Positions 26,289-39,175 of a DNA stretch of 64,000 nucleotides are shown here, piece by piece (the stretch's first letter is position 1; each line of letters begins with the position of its first letter). This DNA comes from Hemiscyllium ocellatum. Lineage: Eukaryota. Location: assembly GCF_020745735.1 (NCBI RefSeq), contig NC_083411.1, positions 28,603,263 through 28,667,262 on the forward strand, in the 5' to 3' direction. A program made the position numbers and the translations under genes. The notes beneath the pieces were generated by a model that worked only from the letters and a program-made list of their open reading frames with translations, had not been told where the DNA came from and ran no database searches.

Positions 26289-27099
26289 CTGCAATTCAAT
26301 GAAAGAAAATCTAAACATAAATTCAAATGCATTAAGCAAAAACTTTCAATTTTGATATTAAGTCAAAACTAAAAAAGTTAACTGATAATTTACCTTAGTG
26401 CTGAATGTAGAAATTTGCTGTGGTTGCCCACAAATAAGAAACTACATTTAAAGTTATCAATGGTGTTGAATCTGAATTGATGAGATCAGAGACCTAAATA
26501 TCAGCTCTGTTTCTCTCTGTAGATTTTGCCTGACTTGCTGAGTGTTTTCATCATTTTTGTACTTCCCTACGATCTGGTTTAAAGGAACACTGACAAGATG
26601 TGTTTAGGAAGCTTCACATTTATATTTGACAGCGTTGCTGATGAAGACAATGCAAAAGTAAAAAAGCAATGCTGCTTCAGTGACCCAAATGGGAATTTTT
26701 GTTCCAAACTTAAATTGACAGAACTATTGCCAGGAATTGGAAGCCTCCTAAATTTGAAACTAATAAGCCAATTGATTTAGCCATGACCTTCTGAAGAAAG
26801 GTCACTGGACTCGAAGTGCTAACTCTACTTTCTCTCCACATGTACTGCCAGACCTGCTGAGCTTTCCCAGCAATTTCTAGTTTTCTTTCTCTACAAAGCC
26901 CTTCTCATCAAAATCTGTGACTGATGTCCAAGTTGAAAGGTGCTGCCCCAAAGATTAAATGTGATATAGTTATACTCAAAATGTTAAACTCAACCGCCAA
27001 CATTGCCAGGCATGCTCTGCTCCAGGCAAAATTGATCCAGCGGTGGAGACACTATTAAAAGTAGCCCTGTGAGTTCTCAATTTAGATTTTGGATTACTC

Positions 27100-28900
27100 A
27101 AACATGGAAACAAAAGTAGTCATTCAGCCCATCAAGTCTGCCCCGGCATTCAATACAAATGCTCCTGATTGAACACTAATGCTTTTTATCCATTCCATCC
27201 CCATTACCCTGTAGGCCACTGAAAAGCATATCTCTTCTTCTCTGCTTTAAACATACTTAAAAGTCTGAGCGTTCACAGCCCACTGTGGTAGAGAATGCCA
27301 AAGGTTCTGGTAAAATAAATTCTCATCAGATGCAATGGCATCACATTTTTTTATATTGCGCCTTCCAGATCTAGAGTCCCCATCCAAAGGAAACATCTGA
27401 CCTGCATGAATCCTGTTTACCCATTAGATACTTCCTAAATTTTAATTAGATCATCTTTCATTCTTCAAAACCTTAGACAATACAGGCCCAGTTTTCCCAA
27501 TCTTTCTTTTGATAGTTTTGCCATCCTGGAACAAGTCTGGTGAACCTATGCTGCGCTCACTCTATGGCAATAAAAAATCTTACTTGAGATAAGGTGACCA
27601 AAACTGCTCACTACACACCAGGTGGGGTCTGACCAAGATCCTATATAATTGAAGCAAGACTACACTACTCCTGTTCTCAAATCCTCTTGCAATAAAAGGT
27701 CAACGTTCAAATTGTCTTTTGCTGCATTTGCATGTTTATTCCAGTAACTTATCAATAACAAACATTTACAACCTCTTATCATTTAGAAAATATTCTGTCC
27801 ATCTGTTGCTCCAAAATGGGTAAGCTCACATTTCACAAAATTATATTCCATCTGCCATGTTTTGCCCATTACGCCTGTCCAAATCCTCCTGGAGTCAGTT
27901 ACACTTTCCTCAAAACTTAAATTCACACTTAGCTATGTGTCATCCATAAAAGTGAAAATATTAATTTAGTCTCCAAGTAATTGATATATAGTGATCAATT
28001 GGGGCACAGGTATTGATGCACGCCCTACATCATAGGCTGCCAATGTGAGAATGAACGATTTATTCCTACTCTTTGGTTTTTCTCTATTAGCCAATTATAA
28101 ATCCACGTTAATAAATCATCTCCCATCACAGGTGCTTTAATCTTTCAAACCAGCTTCCAGTGGGCAATTTTATCAAAAGCCTTCTGAAAATCCAAGTATA
28201 AATGCACATTGACCCTACTTTATAAATTATTTTAGAAACATCTTCAAAATCAAAACTCTAAGCTCAAACGCTATTTCCTATTTGCAAAACCATATCAATG
28301 ATGCCCAATCAGATAATGATCATTAATTATCTTTTCATCATATTCCTTTATAATAGGTTCCAGTACTTTTTTCATTGGGCACCTGTGGTGCAGCAGTAGT
28401 GTTCCTTCTTCGTACCCAGGAGTCTGTGGTTCTAGTACCACCTGCTCCAGAGATGCGCAATAACATCATTGATCAGGTTAATTAGAAAATAACTAGATTC
28501 TAATATTTTTCCCTATTAGTGATGCAAGGCCAACAGATCTGTAGTTGCCTGTTTTTCATCTCACTCACTTCTTAAAAAGTGTAGTGATATTTGCTGTCTT
28601 CCAAACTGCAGGAAATGATTCTAGAATCTAAAGAATTTTGGGAGATAATCCCAATCAATTGACCACCTCAATAGCCACCTCCTTCAGTATTGTAGGATTA
28701 TAGAAATCCTTGGAATTTATCAACTTTCAGACCTATTAAATTCTTCAGTACCATTTTTGTATTAACACTAATTTATTTTAACTTCTCGTTCTTCTTAGCC
28801 ACTTGGATCTCTAGTTCTAGGAGATTTATTGTATCTTCATGAATGAAAACACTCAAAAGTAATGATTTAGCTTCTCCATTGTTTCTCTATTCTTCCAAAA
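27100..28900 (-). mobile_element. Decayed CR1 LINE in IGBP1 intron 2
   Basis: Colinear with the better-preserved CR1 at 58470-59445 (e.g. GTGAACCTATGCTGC). Confidence 0.75.
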
Positions 28901-29229
28901 TGAATCCTCCTATCTGTTATAGACTCATTGCATTTTAGCCAATTTTTTTCCTTTTTTTAAACATACCAATAGGAGCTTTTTCAGACAATTTGTTTTTTTG
29001 CTAGATTCCATTCCTATTTTATTCACCCTTTCCTTATCAATTTCTTGGTCTTCTTTTGCTGTATTCTCAAAACTTCCCAAAATTATTGAAATTCTGACAA
29101 TTTTGTAGGCCTTTTCTTTTGATCTTATACAATTCTGAACTTAATTTGTTAGCGACAGTTGACTTTCTTTGAGTTTGCGTGCCTTCAAGGAACATGTCTG
29201 CTGTCTGCCATGTAACAGTACTTTGACGA

Positions 29230-29351
29230 CTGATGAAGGAGTGAGGCTCCAAAAGCTAGTGTACTTCCAATTAAACCTGTTGGACTATAACCTGGTATTG
29301 TGTGATTTTTAACTTTGTACACCCCAGTCCAACACTGACATCTCCAAATCA
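29230..29351 (+). mobile_element. Short Penelope-terminus-type repeat with a decayed hammerhead core
   Basis: CTGATGAAGGAG...CTCC-AAAAGCTAG...AAACCTGTTGGACTATAACCTGG...TCTCCAAATC. Confidence 0.7.
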
Positions 29352-30129
29352 TTGTCTCTGGCATTTTATGTGCGTTCCCAAACAGGAGGTAAAGGTGGCC
29401 ATGTAATTTGAAGTCAAAAATCACTTTTGAAACCTTACCAACAAAAAAAACCAACTTCTTTTTCCACAAATGCTTCCTGATGAACTGAAATTTTTCATCA
29501 ATTCCTGCTTTTACTTCCCTTTTCTACTATCTTCTCTCATGGAATGGTTACCCCCAAGTAGGCCAAATTAAGATCAGATTAACAGAAACTGAGAAACTAT
29601 TGAGTTTATACACCATAATAATCTATAATTTTACATCTGGTAATAACCTTCAACCTTGATTATGAAGTCAGGAAATAAACCTTGATTCAATGCAGAGTAT
29701 AGAACGGTATGCCACTAGATCAGATGTGTGAATATTAGCGTTTAGTGCAATGTTTGGCTGATTCAGAACCCCTCTGATTTCATGTCTGCTCACAAGGCAG
29801 GAATAACACAGACTGACAAGTTAGCTCTTTCCAAAAAGGAAGACAGCCGTTTCGACGTGTCTGTGGACTCGGAACTTTATTTCTCTGCGTAGATGGCACC
29901 ACACCTGCTGAGTTTCTCCAGCATTTTCAGTTATTGAAACAACACCCCCTCGTCCAGACAACAGGCTGCAGGGCGACCTGTGTAACTGTAGTCTACTCGA
30001 GTCAATGATTAAAGATGGAAAAACGTGAGTAACATGAAAGCACTTAAGAGTGATACATGTTGTAATAAGGCATTGCTTGAACAGCCCAGGCTCCCATACT
30101 GCAGGCTCCTGCTGTTAATCTCTGGTTAC

Positions 30130-30371
30130 CTGAAAAGGTCCAGTTGGTTGACCATTCGGGTGGCCTGCTCCAACAGCTCCACCCCTCGCCGCACTTTGCG
30201 TTGGTAGGTGTCCGAGTTGGACGGCTCGTTGCTGCTCTCGGCCTCCTCGTGCAGTTTCCAACCGCTCTCGAAGATGTCGGACAGTTTTCGGGACTCGGCC
30301 GGCTCTGCCTTAGAACACGTCGCGGACGCCTCTCCCTCTTTCTCAGACTCTGACATCCCCACCGCCGCCAT
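30130..30371 (-). CDS. IGBP1: IGBP1 first coding exon (exon 2)
   Basis: ATG at 30371. MAAVG...LSDIFESGWKL...KVRRGVELLEQATRMVNQLDLFS matches the alpha4/TAP42 N-terminus. Donor AG|GTAACC, phase 2; 242 nt coding. Confidence 0.95.
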
Positions 30372-30730
30372 CACTCAGAGACAGAAACGCTCCGCCGCGT
30401 CAGCCCGCTCTGTCCGGGGGAGGGAAAGAGAGCGGGGAAACGCCGCCACGCCACCCTGGCGGTGGGAGGACCGCCTTCACGTCTTCCAACCAACAGTGCC
30501 GAGCGACTGTGGCGCTGCCCTGGCGGTGGGAGGACCGCGTTCACTGTTTCCGTCTGAACGCGCCTCTCGCCCTCCGAAACTGGTTACCTGACCGCCACCA
30601 AGCGGTAGGAGGATGGCATTTCGATAATCTTCATTCCTGTCCCTTCCGTGCAGTTGCAGCGCTATCTCCTGGTCCAGCTTTGAGCATGAGTTCAGCAGAC
30701 ATTTGTTCGTCTCTTCTTGAGCGAGGGGGA
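30140..30730. promoter_or_regulatory. CpG island / IGBP1 promoter region
   Basis: GC- and CpG-rich block in an otherwise CpG-depleted, AT-rich window; overlaps the IGBP1 5' end. Confidence 0.85.
30410..30587 (-). other. IGBP1: Probable 5'-UTR intron 1 of IGBP1 (non-coding exon 1 ends at 30588)
   Basis: Donor CAG|GTAACC at 30588/30587; pyrimidine tract tttccccgctctctttccctcccccggacag| ending at 30410. Mammalian IGBP1 also has a non-coding first exon. Confidence 0.7.
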
Positions 30731-32094
30731 AAAAGTCACCTTGAAAACACGTGTGAACAACAAATTTGGAAATGCTGGTGCATGCATTTATGAGAGAAAA
30801 ATGAGCAACACGTAGGATGAATACTTCATCAGAAAAATAAATGTAAAACTGTGTTTCTGATTAACATTGGAATGCTTTTTAACTTTACGGCTAGCACGTT
30901 TATAACTTAAAATATATTATATTAATATCTGGAAACACATAAATTGAAGACTAAACTTAAATGCTAGCACGCTATTATCCCTTCCTCCGTGTTGTATGGC
31001 CCAGAATCGTAATTCTACTATGGAAAATGCGTCAAATTCACCCGAGGACTCCCATGAAAATTCAACAGTTAAAGAAATTCACTAACAACAAAATATCCTC
31101 TATTGTGTTGTGTTCAACAGCACAGAGACCATTCAATTTAGATGGCCAAACGCGCTTCCACATGGAATATTGCAGAATCCTAAAACCACTCTTCTGTAAA
31201 AAGACAGTTGTGTAGTGGTAATGTCATTGCACTGATAATTCAGTGCCCACAGGCTAATGTTCTTGGTTCAAATCCCACAAGGACAACTGGTGTTCAGTAA
31301 AATATTGAAAATGATTGAGTATATAATTAAAGATGTGTTGTTGCATTTGTAATAGAGCCTTGGCAAGCCCTCACCCAGAGTATTGAGTAGTTTTAGTCTT
31401 CTAATGAAGAGTGTACTTCTTATGGAGGGAATACATTAATATCCTAATTTGGAAAGAGGAACAGAGTTAACTAATCCCTGGAATGCCAGGATTATTTTAA
31501 GAGAACCATTTGAGGAAACTGGGCCTGTATTTTTTTAGACTTTCAAAGGATCTCATTGAAACTTACAAAATTCATGGAGGGTGTGACAGAATGAATGTGG
31601 TTAAGATGTTCCCTAGCTGGTGAGTCCAGCTTTAGGGTCACAGACTGGATTTTACTGACCCCTGTCAGGTGTATTTTCAATTGTTGGGGGGATGCGTTTC
31701 AATGGAATGGGTGCCTAGCCTGCCATCTTTCCAGTGCAACCAAATTCACCCTCCGTAACCGAGGGAGAATGTGAATATGGTTGAAAATAAGTGTGGCACC
31801 TATTTTATATTCACCAACTGCACCATGTTAATGTGAATGAAATAGATTTAAAATATATTTTTAGTTACACTTGATTTTGTTTGCTTGATAGGTTTCTGAT
31901 TTAAACTATGGTGGAAAGAGACAAAATTTATTTTCCAGTTTGTTTTGGCACAATACATGACAAATTCACGAATCTCCAGCATCAAATTACTATTGCCATG
32001 TTTAAGAAATGAAAACTGCAAAAGGGAGAAAGAGAGAGAGAGAGAGAGCATAATTTGTTATGATGTGATTGCTAGTATGATTGCTGTGGTATAT

Positions 32095-32287
32095 GTATCA
32101 GGCAGCCTTTGCTCCCTAGGCATTTCACTATATGTTGTGGTTCTGTTCGCCGAGCTGGGAATTTGTGTTGCAGACGTTTCGTCCCCTGTCTAGGTGACAT
32201 CCTCAGTGCTTGGGAGCCTCCTGTGAAGTGCTTCTGTGATCTTTCCTCCGGCATTTGTAGTGGTTTGAATCTGCCGCTTCAGGTTGT
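32095..32287 (-). mobile_element. Penelope terminal repeat fragment, truncated at the ERV LTR
   Basis: Contains an intact hammerhead core; architecture resembles the Penelope end at 46200-46360. Confidence 0.7.
32170..32209 (-). ncRNA. Minimal type I hammerhead ribozyme motif
   Basis: GCA-CUGAGGA-UGUCACCU-AGAC-AGGGGAC-GAAA-C-GUC-UGC; stems I and II pair. Confidence 0.75.
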
Positions 32288-32599
32288 AAGGTCAGTTAGG
32301 ATGGCTAGGAATGTCTTATCTAGTGTAGTTATTTCTATACTGTAAAGGAAGCATTGTTTGCTAATTTTTGTTGAGGCACACTACAGCTAGTTCAGGAATT
32401 CAGCTTTTAGCTGGATTAAAAGCTAATTTATGCAGCTTTTAAGCAGAATTGTCAATTTGCCGCCTAGAAGCCATTTTGTTACATTATTTGCATTAAGAAA
32501 ACATTTTATTGCTGCCTATGTTAGTAAGGACATGTATTAAATGGTTGTTTCAGACTACAACTAGTTACTTCAGCCTGTATTCAGATTTCAGATCCTTAT
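32285..32599 (-). repeat. Probable ERV 3' LTR
   Basis: TGTAAGG...CCTTA imperfect inverted termini with an adjacent purine tract (TCCCCC on +) just downstream of env. No second copy is available to confirm it. Confidence 0.55.
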
Positions 32600-32739
32600 C
32601 TCCCCCACGTTGGTCATTCCATGACCACACCAGAGGATGGGAGGGCATAGATTAGATCAGTCCAATTGAATGGATGCTAGAGACTTCCAGACTTCCTTCT
32701 CCTCTTGGGAGGAAGTAGGGGTAGGCAATCGCACCTCCT

Positions 32740-34540
32740 CATCTTCATTTGGATAGATTTGGGGGTGCATTGGGGAGGGGGGAACCAATGCTGTCAACAG
32801 AAGCTATTAACTTAGCAATAGTACATTTAACAATAGTAATACCAGCAAAGACACAAACTAAAATAATACCAATAAAGATGGTCAGATTTATCAACCAGTT
32901 TTACCATGTGCCAAAGCCCCAATCTCCCCTTCACACGCCTTCTGTCATTTGACTGATGAAGGTGCAGGTGTTATCTACATGTCTGGTAATATTCTCAATG
33001 ACCTCAATCATGCATTTGTCTTTAACTATGGTGCAAACCCCATCCTCTTTTGTAAGAAGGTAATCGAGGGCGTACCGGTTTTGTTGGGAAAATAGGTGTA
33101 ATTCTGAAAGAATGTCCTTAACTCCCGCTAAGGCCGAGGCCTTCTCGTTGTCCAAGAGGGTGAGACTGGAAATAAGATAATTTTGGGTTTGATGGCTAAA
33201 AATTCCTGCAGACCCTCCTAAGGAAAAAGTACTAAGAAATGCGTACCCCACAGACTGAGCTTTAGTGGTGTCTAAAGCCTGAGCCTCCAATGTGTGAAGA
33301 ATTCAGGTGAAACTGAACATTTTGCAGGGAAATCCCATTCCCCAGGTAACTGGACAGGGAATAGTAGTTGGGAAAGGTGTCCTACAGATACAGCATGGGG
33401 AGTACTTATTTCATCAAGGGCAAGGAAGTTAGTTGCTTTGCCTTGGCTGAAAAAGTAATAACCAGGTTTAGTATAGATAATGGAGGGAGCTTCTCAATAA
33501 GAAGCAGGTCTGTCGTTGTGACTTCCCCGAACATATGGGTAGTCTATTGCTACAAAATATGGTTGGCCTGAGTGCTTAGGGTGAAAGCTGCTCAATAGAA
33601 AGAGGTGGGTTTTTTGGTAGAGATATGGTTATTTTGCCAGAATGGTTCTTTCCATCCCTCAATTGGGAATGGAGGTCCCGTTAGGGGTTTCATAGTGCAG
33701 GTGGGTGCCATTACCCATTCCACGAAGGACCTGAGTACCAGCAATAGCAGAGCCACACTCCTCCATGATATGCGAGGTCCTACAGGGGAGCAGTGGCAAC
33801 TGTACATTTGATCATAGCGCAGGGAATAGTCTTAGTCATATTCATATTCACCATTGTAACAATTAGAATAGGCTACTCCAGACTTATTAGAGGAAGTCCA
33901 TAAGCAGCTAGCAGGTGGGGATAAATAATAGTCAAAAGAAATATTATGTCCAATAAATGCCTTAGAAGCGTTCCATACCTCTTCGTTGGGATTTAGGAGG
34001 GGGAAAGGGGTCAAAGTGTCTTTTGCTGATGTAAGGACATAACAGACCACTTCATCCCGAACCAATATTTTATTATGACTCTGAAGAAAAAGATTGTTAA
34101 TGAAAGGTAACATTTCTCCCTTTTCTCTTTTATGGCATGCAGATTTAGACCTATTTGAACGGGGGCAAGGCTTACCAGGACTGCCCATACCACAACTGAA
34201 ATCAAACTGGTACACAACACCCTGACAGAGTAAGGACCATTTAGACTTGTTCTGTAACTGAACTGTCTGACAATCTTGATGCAGTTGACTATTGTGACAA
34301 TCATTCTTGGTGATGTTCCATGCATCGAAGGAATCAGTCTCTTGGCACACAAGGACATTTTTCTGGCATAAATGATACACAGTCTCTGGTTGCTCAGGAT
34401 CACACGGGTAAACAGTCCCTTCTTGATTACCAATGCTGGCGATGACAAGTCATTATAGCAGGGTAAGTTCGATCTTGATCCTAGTGGTCATTTCTGGAGC
34501 AAGGATTAGGATATCTAAAACAGAAGAAGAATTACTATTC
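32740..34540 (-). pseudogene. env: ERV env (SU+TM), frameshifted
   Basis: Cys-rich SU pieces (33832-34380, 33592-33807); ISD QNRYALDYLL and CX6C; hydrophobic anchor LTIFIGIILVCVFAGITIV near 32830-32890. Confidence 0.88.
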
Positions 34541-37245
34541 AAAACGTGCAGCTATATCTTAGTAGACTGATTCCGGTTCCTCCCTCAGTTCCCCATCGTC
34601 TTCATCTCCATCATCTCCCCCTTGGAAGGGGCTCGTACGAAGACCTTGCAATGATGGAGATGTACCCATGCAGAGCGCCTGGTGACCTTAACAGCAGTTG
34701 TGGTGGTGAGGAGGGTCTAGAAGGGTCCTTCCCATTGAGGTTGGAAGCCGTGGCAATTCCAATTCTTGATGAGAACGGAAGAGCCTGTTTCAACAATGGG
34801 AACACTGTTGAGGGAGGGGATTTTCTTGTGAGCAGCACGACTTGGGAGTGAAGACCTGGCAAAATTTTAGTAAAGGAAAGGACAGAGGCGGACATGTCCT
34901 CAGTCATGTGGGGGAAGTGAATAGGGGAGGAAGCATCATTCCAAGGTGTGCGGAAAGCTCGACCATAGTTGATTTTGGCTGGGGACAAGCGAGTTTTACC
35001 ATAAGGAGTGCAGCATAGGTGGAACAATACCAGAGGCAATAATCTAAAGACCTGTCTCAGAAGTCAATTTGGCAAGTTTAGTTTTCAGAGTCTGAATACA
35101 AAGCTCCATGAGCCCTGCAGCATGTGGGCGATAAGCACAATGAAGTTGGTGGCGGATGCCACCAACAGTTTTGGCAGTAGCATTAGAAGTGGCGTAACCT
35201 TCAACCCATCGAGAAAAAACATCAACAATGACCAAAACATAGTGTTGACGCTTTTGTAACTCAATGAAGTCGAGTTGGAGGGTTTGGAAGGGCCCTTCAG
35301 GGAGGAGTGTCTGGCCCACCAGGGAAGGCACACCATTGCCCGAGTTGTGTTCTTAGCAGGTGAGGCATCGAGCACTGACACTACGGACCATCTGCTGGAG
35401 GCGAGGTTACCACCAAGTGGTCAGAAGGAGGTCAGATATCGAGCGATCACCACAGTGTGTTGCATTGTGGAGGCAATCGACTACCCATGAAACAAGAGCA
35501 TCAGACATATACGTCTGTCCAGCTGGAGTGGTCCATAGTTTAGTAACAGGATTACAATAACAGCCAGCTTTGGACCACAACTGTCTTTCACAATCAGAGG
35601 TGTCCTCTTGTAAGGTAACAACATCTTTAACGGTTAGTTTGTCCAAGGTTGACCCACTCTTGTCGGAGCTTTCAGTCTGGCTCATCATTATAGGCACAAT
35701 CATAAGACGGTCATGACAGGCTTCGTTTGTAGTGTCATCAGCAGCGCAGTTACCAATGTCAACAGGGGATTGGCCAGTAGTATGGGCGGCATATTTGATA
35801 ACAGAAACCGGTTTTGGGAGCAGGAGCGTGGTTAAAAGATCTGAGACAAGTTGGCGGTGGGAAATGGGAGTACCATATGATATCAAAATTCCTCTGCTTC
35901 TCCAGAGTTGTCCAAAATCATGCATGACCCCAAAAGCATATCGGGAGTCAGTGTAAATGTTAACACGAGATCCGTCCTGAGGATGCAGGCACGGATGAGG
36001 ACAAAAAGCTCAGCTTGTTGGGTGGAAAAGGGAGTCTCAAAGGTAGCAGACTCCAGGACAGAGCTATGGTCATTAACTATCGCATAGCCTGAAAGGCGAG
36101 TACCTGTATGGTCAGTAGAGGAACTACCATCAGTGAACATATTAATATTGGGGTCTGAGATAGGGGTGTCAGAAAGATCCGGATGAATTTGGATGTCCTC
36201 ATTGATGAGAAGAAAGCAATCATGGTCGGGAGTGAATAAGGGTGAAGGGGGATGTGGAAGGAAATCGGCAGGATTAATGGTGGTGCAGTACTTTGTCAGT
36301 TTGGGATTGTTCAGGAAGTAAACCTCATAAAGGTTTTGGCGAGCTGCAGTCAAATGCTGACTTCGCAATTGTCCTAACAGGGCGATCACCACATGAGAAT
36401 TGTAGATAACAATGTCCTGTTGAGGTGTGAGGTTTTCTACAGACTGCAAACTAAGATAAATAGTGGTTAGGATTTGGGCGGAACGGGGATGTCCTAAAGC
36501 AACAGAGTCAAGTTTAGTAGAGAAATAAGCAACTGGGTGGTGTCAATCTCCTTGTAGTTGAGTGAGAACTGAGGAAGCACGGTCATCTAGAATGGTGCAG
36601 CATAGTTGGAAGGGTTTGTCATTGAGGGGTCTTCCCAAAGCTGGAGCTTGTGACAAGGCTTGCTTAAGTTCATTGAAGGCTTGCTTTGCCTCTGAGGAGA
36701 GGTCGAGGGTACCTTCATGGGTGGTAAATGGGGTTGACATCTTAACAAGGAGAACAGCATTGGGGATCCATTGTCGGCAGACATTGACCATGCGCAGCCA
36801 CCAGCGTACCATTTTTATGGTTGTTTGGACTGGAAAGTTGACAATAGGAGTGATGCACTCTGTTCAAGAGAGCATGAGTCAGCAGACAGAATGAAACCTA
36901 GAAATTTTACTTGACATTGTACAATGGAAAGCTTATTGGGGAGACTACATGGCCCAAGGGTTTCTGATAGTTGAGGAGGAGGACGACGTAAGAGTGGTTG
37001 GATTCTTCATCCAGACTGGCAATAAGGAGGACAACTACATATTGTATCATTGCAGATCCACCTTGAGGGTTAGAGATCGCAATTGTTTCTACAAGGTCTG
37101 AGAGACAAGGTTGGAGTCTTGACATAGTCGAGTTCACGAGGCTGGTGTCCATTAAAGGTAGAGGCGAACAGGTGCTGACTACTATGAAGACGTAGAGAGT
37201 AAAAGGCATGTTGCAGGTCAACAACAGCGAAAAAATTAGCACATG

Positions 37246-38828
37246 TCTTGAAACAGTTAAAGGTGGATAAATCCCCAGGACCTGATCAAGTGTATCCGAG
37301 AACTCTGTGGGAAGCTAGAGAAGTGATTGCTGGACCTCCTGTATCATCAATAGTCACAGGTGAGGTGCCGGAACACTGGAGGTTGGCAAACATGGTGCCA
37401 CTGTTTAAGAAGGGCGGTAAAGACAATCCAGGGAACTATAGACCAGTGAGCCTGACCTCAGTGGTGGGCAAGTTGTTGGAGGGAATCCTGAGGCACGTGA
37501 TGTACATGTATTTGGAAAGGCAAGGACTGATTAGGGATAGTCAACATGGCTTTGTGAGTGGGAAATCATGTCTCACAAACTTGATTGAGTTTTTTGAAGA
37601 AGTAACAAAGAAGATTGATGAGGGCAGAGCAGTAGATGTGATCTATATGGACTTCACTAAGGCGTTCAACAAGGTTCCCCATGGGAGACTGATTAGCAAA
37701 GTTAGATCTCATGGAATGTAGGGAGAACTAACCAGTTGGATGCAGAACTGGCTCAAAGGTAGAAGACAGAGGGTAATGGTGCAGGGTTATTTTTCAGGCT
37801 GGAGGCCTGTGACCAGTGGAGTGCCACAAAGATCGGTGCTGGGTCCTCTACGTTTTGTCATTTACATAAATGATTTGGACGCAAGCATAAGAGGTACAGT
37901 CAGTAAGTTTGCAGATGACACCAAAATTGGAGATGTAGTGGACAGCGAAGAAGGTTACCTCAGATTACAACCGGATCTGGACCAGATGGGCCAATGGACT
38001 GAGAAGTGGCAGATGGAGTTTAATTCAGATAAATGCGAGGTGCTGCATTTTGGGAAAGCAAATCTCAGCAGGACTTATACACTTAATGGTAAGGTCCTAG
38101 GGAGTGTTGCTGAACAAAGAGACTTTGGAGTACAGGTTCATAGCTCCTTGAAAGTGGAGTCGCAGGTAGATAGGATAGTGAAGAAGGCATTTGGCATGCT
38201 TTCCTTTATTGGTCAGAGTATTGAGTACAGGAGTTGGGAGGTCATGTTGCGGCTGTACAGGGCATTGGTTAGGCCACTGTTGGAATATTGTGTGCAATTC
38301 TGGTCTCCTTCCTATTGGAAAGATGTTGTGAAACTTGAAAGGGTTCAGAAAAGTTTTAGAAGGACGTTGCCAGAGTTGGAGGATTTGAGCTACAGGGAGA
38401 GGCTGAACAGGCTGGAGCTGTTTTCCCTGGAGCATCGGAGGCTGAGGGGTGACCTTATAGAGGTTTACAAAATTATGTGGGGCATGGATAGGACAAATAG
38501 ACAAAGTCCTTTCCCTGGGGTTGGGGAGTCCAGAACTAGAGGGCATAGGTTTAGGGTGAGAGGGGAAAGATATAAAAGACACCTAAGGGGCAACTTTTTC
38601 ACACAGAAGGTGGTACGTGTATGGAATGAGCTGCCAGAGGATGTGGTGGAGGCTGGTGCAACTGCAACATTTAAGAGGCATTTGGATCGGTATATGAATA
38701 GGAAGGTTTTGGAGGGATATTGGCCAGGTGCTGGCAGGTGGGACTAGATTGGGTTGGGATATCTGGTTGGCATGGACAGGTTGGACTGAAGGGTCTGTTT
38801 CCATGCTGTACATCTCTATGACTCTATG
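37246..38828 (+). mobile_element. Young 5'-truncated CR1 LINE inserted in the ERV RT
   Basis: ORFs 37248-37721 and 37740-38747 are in frame, split by one TAG; KFADDTK; (CTCTATGA)2 tail. Removing it restores ERV LTSVPS-CANFFAVVDLQHAF. Confidence 0.95.
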
Positions 38829-39005
38829 ATGGCACCGAGGTTAGAATATGAGCTGGATTTGGGACCAGGACATGAAGAGGCTGCACACTGGCTTTTAAGT
38901 CTTGAACCAGTCTATACTGATCTGGTTTGCCAGGTTTTGAGACAGCCATAATTGGAGTGTTACAGGGTGACTGGCAAGGGACCAGAATGCCTTGATGGAG
39001 AAAGT

Positions 39006-39175
39006 TAGAAATCACATAACACCAGGTTATAGTCCAATAGGTGGTTATGTCAATTTAGCTGATGAAGGAGCAGTGCTCTGAAAGCTAGTGCTTCCAAATG
39101 AACCTGTTGGACTACAACCTGGTGTTCTGTGATTTCTAACTTTGTACACCATAGTCCAACACTGGCATCTCCAAA
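39006..39175. mobile_element. 170-bp palindromic hammerhead-bearing element with a 16-bp TSD, inserted in the ERV RT
   Basis: TSD CCTTGATGGAGAAAGT (38990-39005) / CCTTGATGGTGAAAGT (39176-39191); core CTGATGA-AGGAGC-AGT-GCTCT-GAAA-GCTA at 39059. Confidence 0.8.

Noticed and set aside
30208-30793. Plus-strand ORFs as a divergent gene
   Set aside because: GC-rich antisense frames over the IGBP1 exon and CpG island, with no recognisable protein.
38097-38813. Long antisense ORFs over CR1 and Penelope copies (also 48754-49476, 58586-59092, 61392-62075)
   Set aside because: Shadow frames of RT coding sequence.
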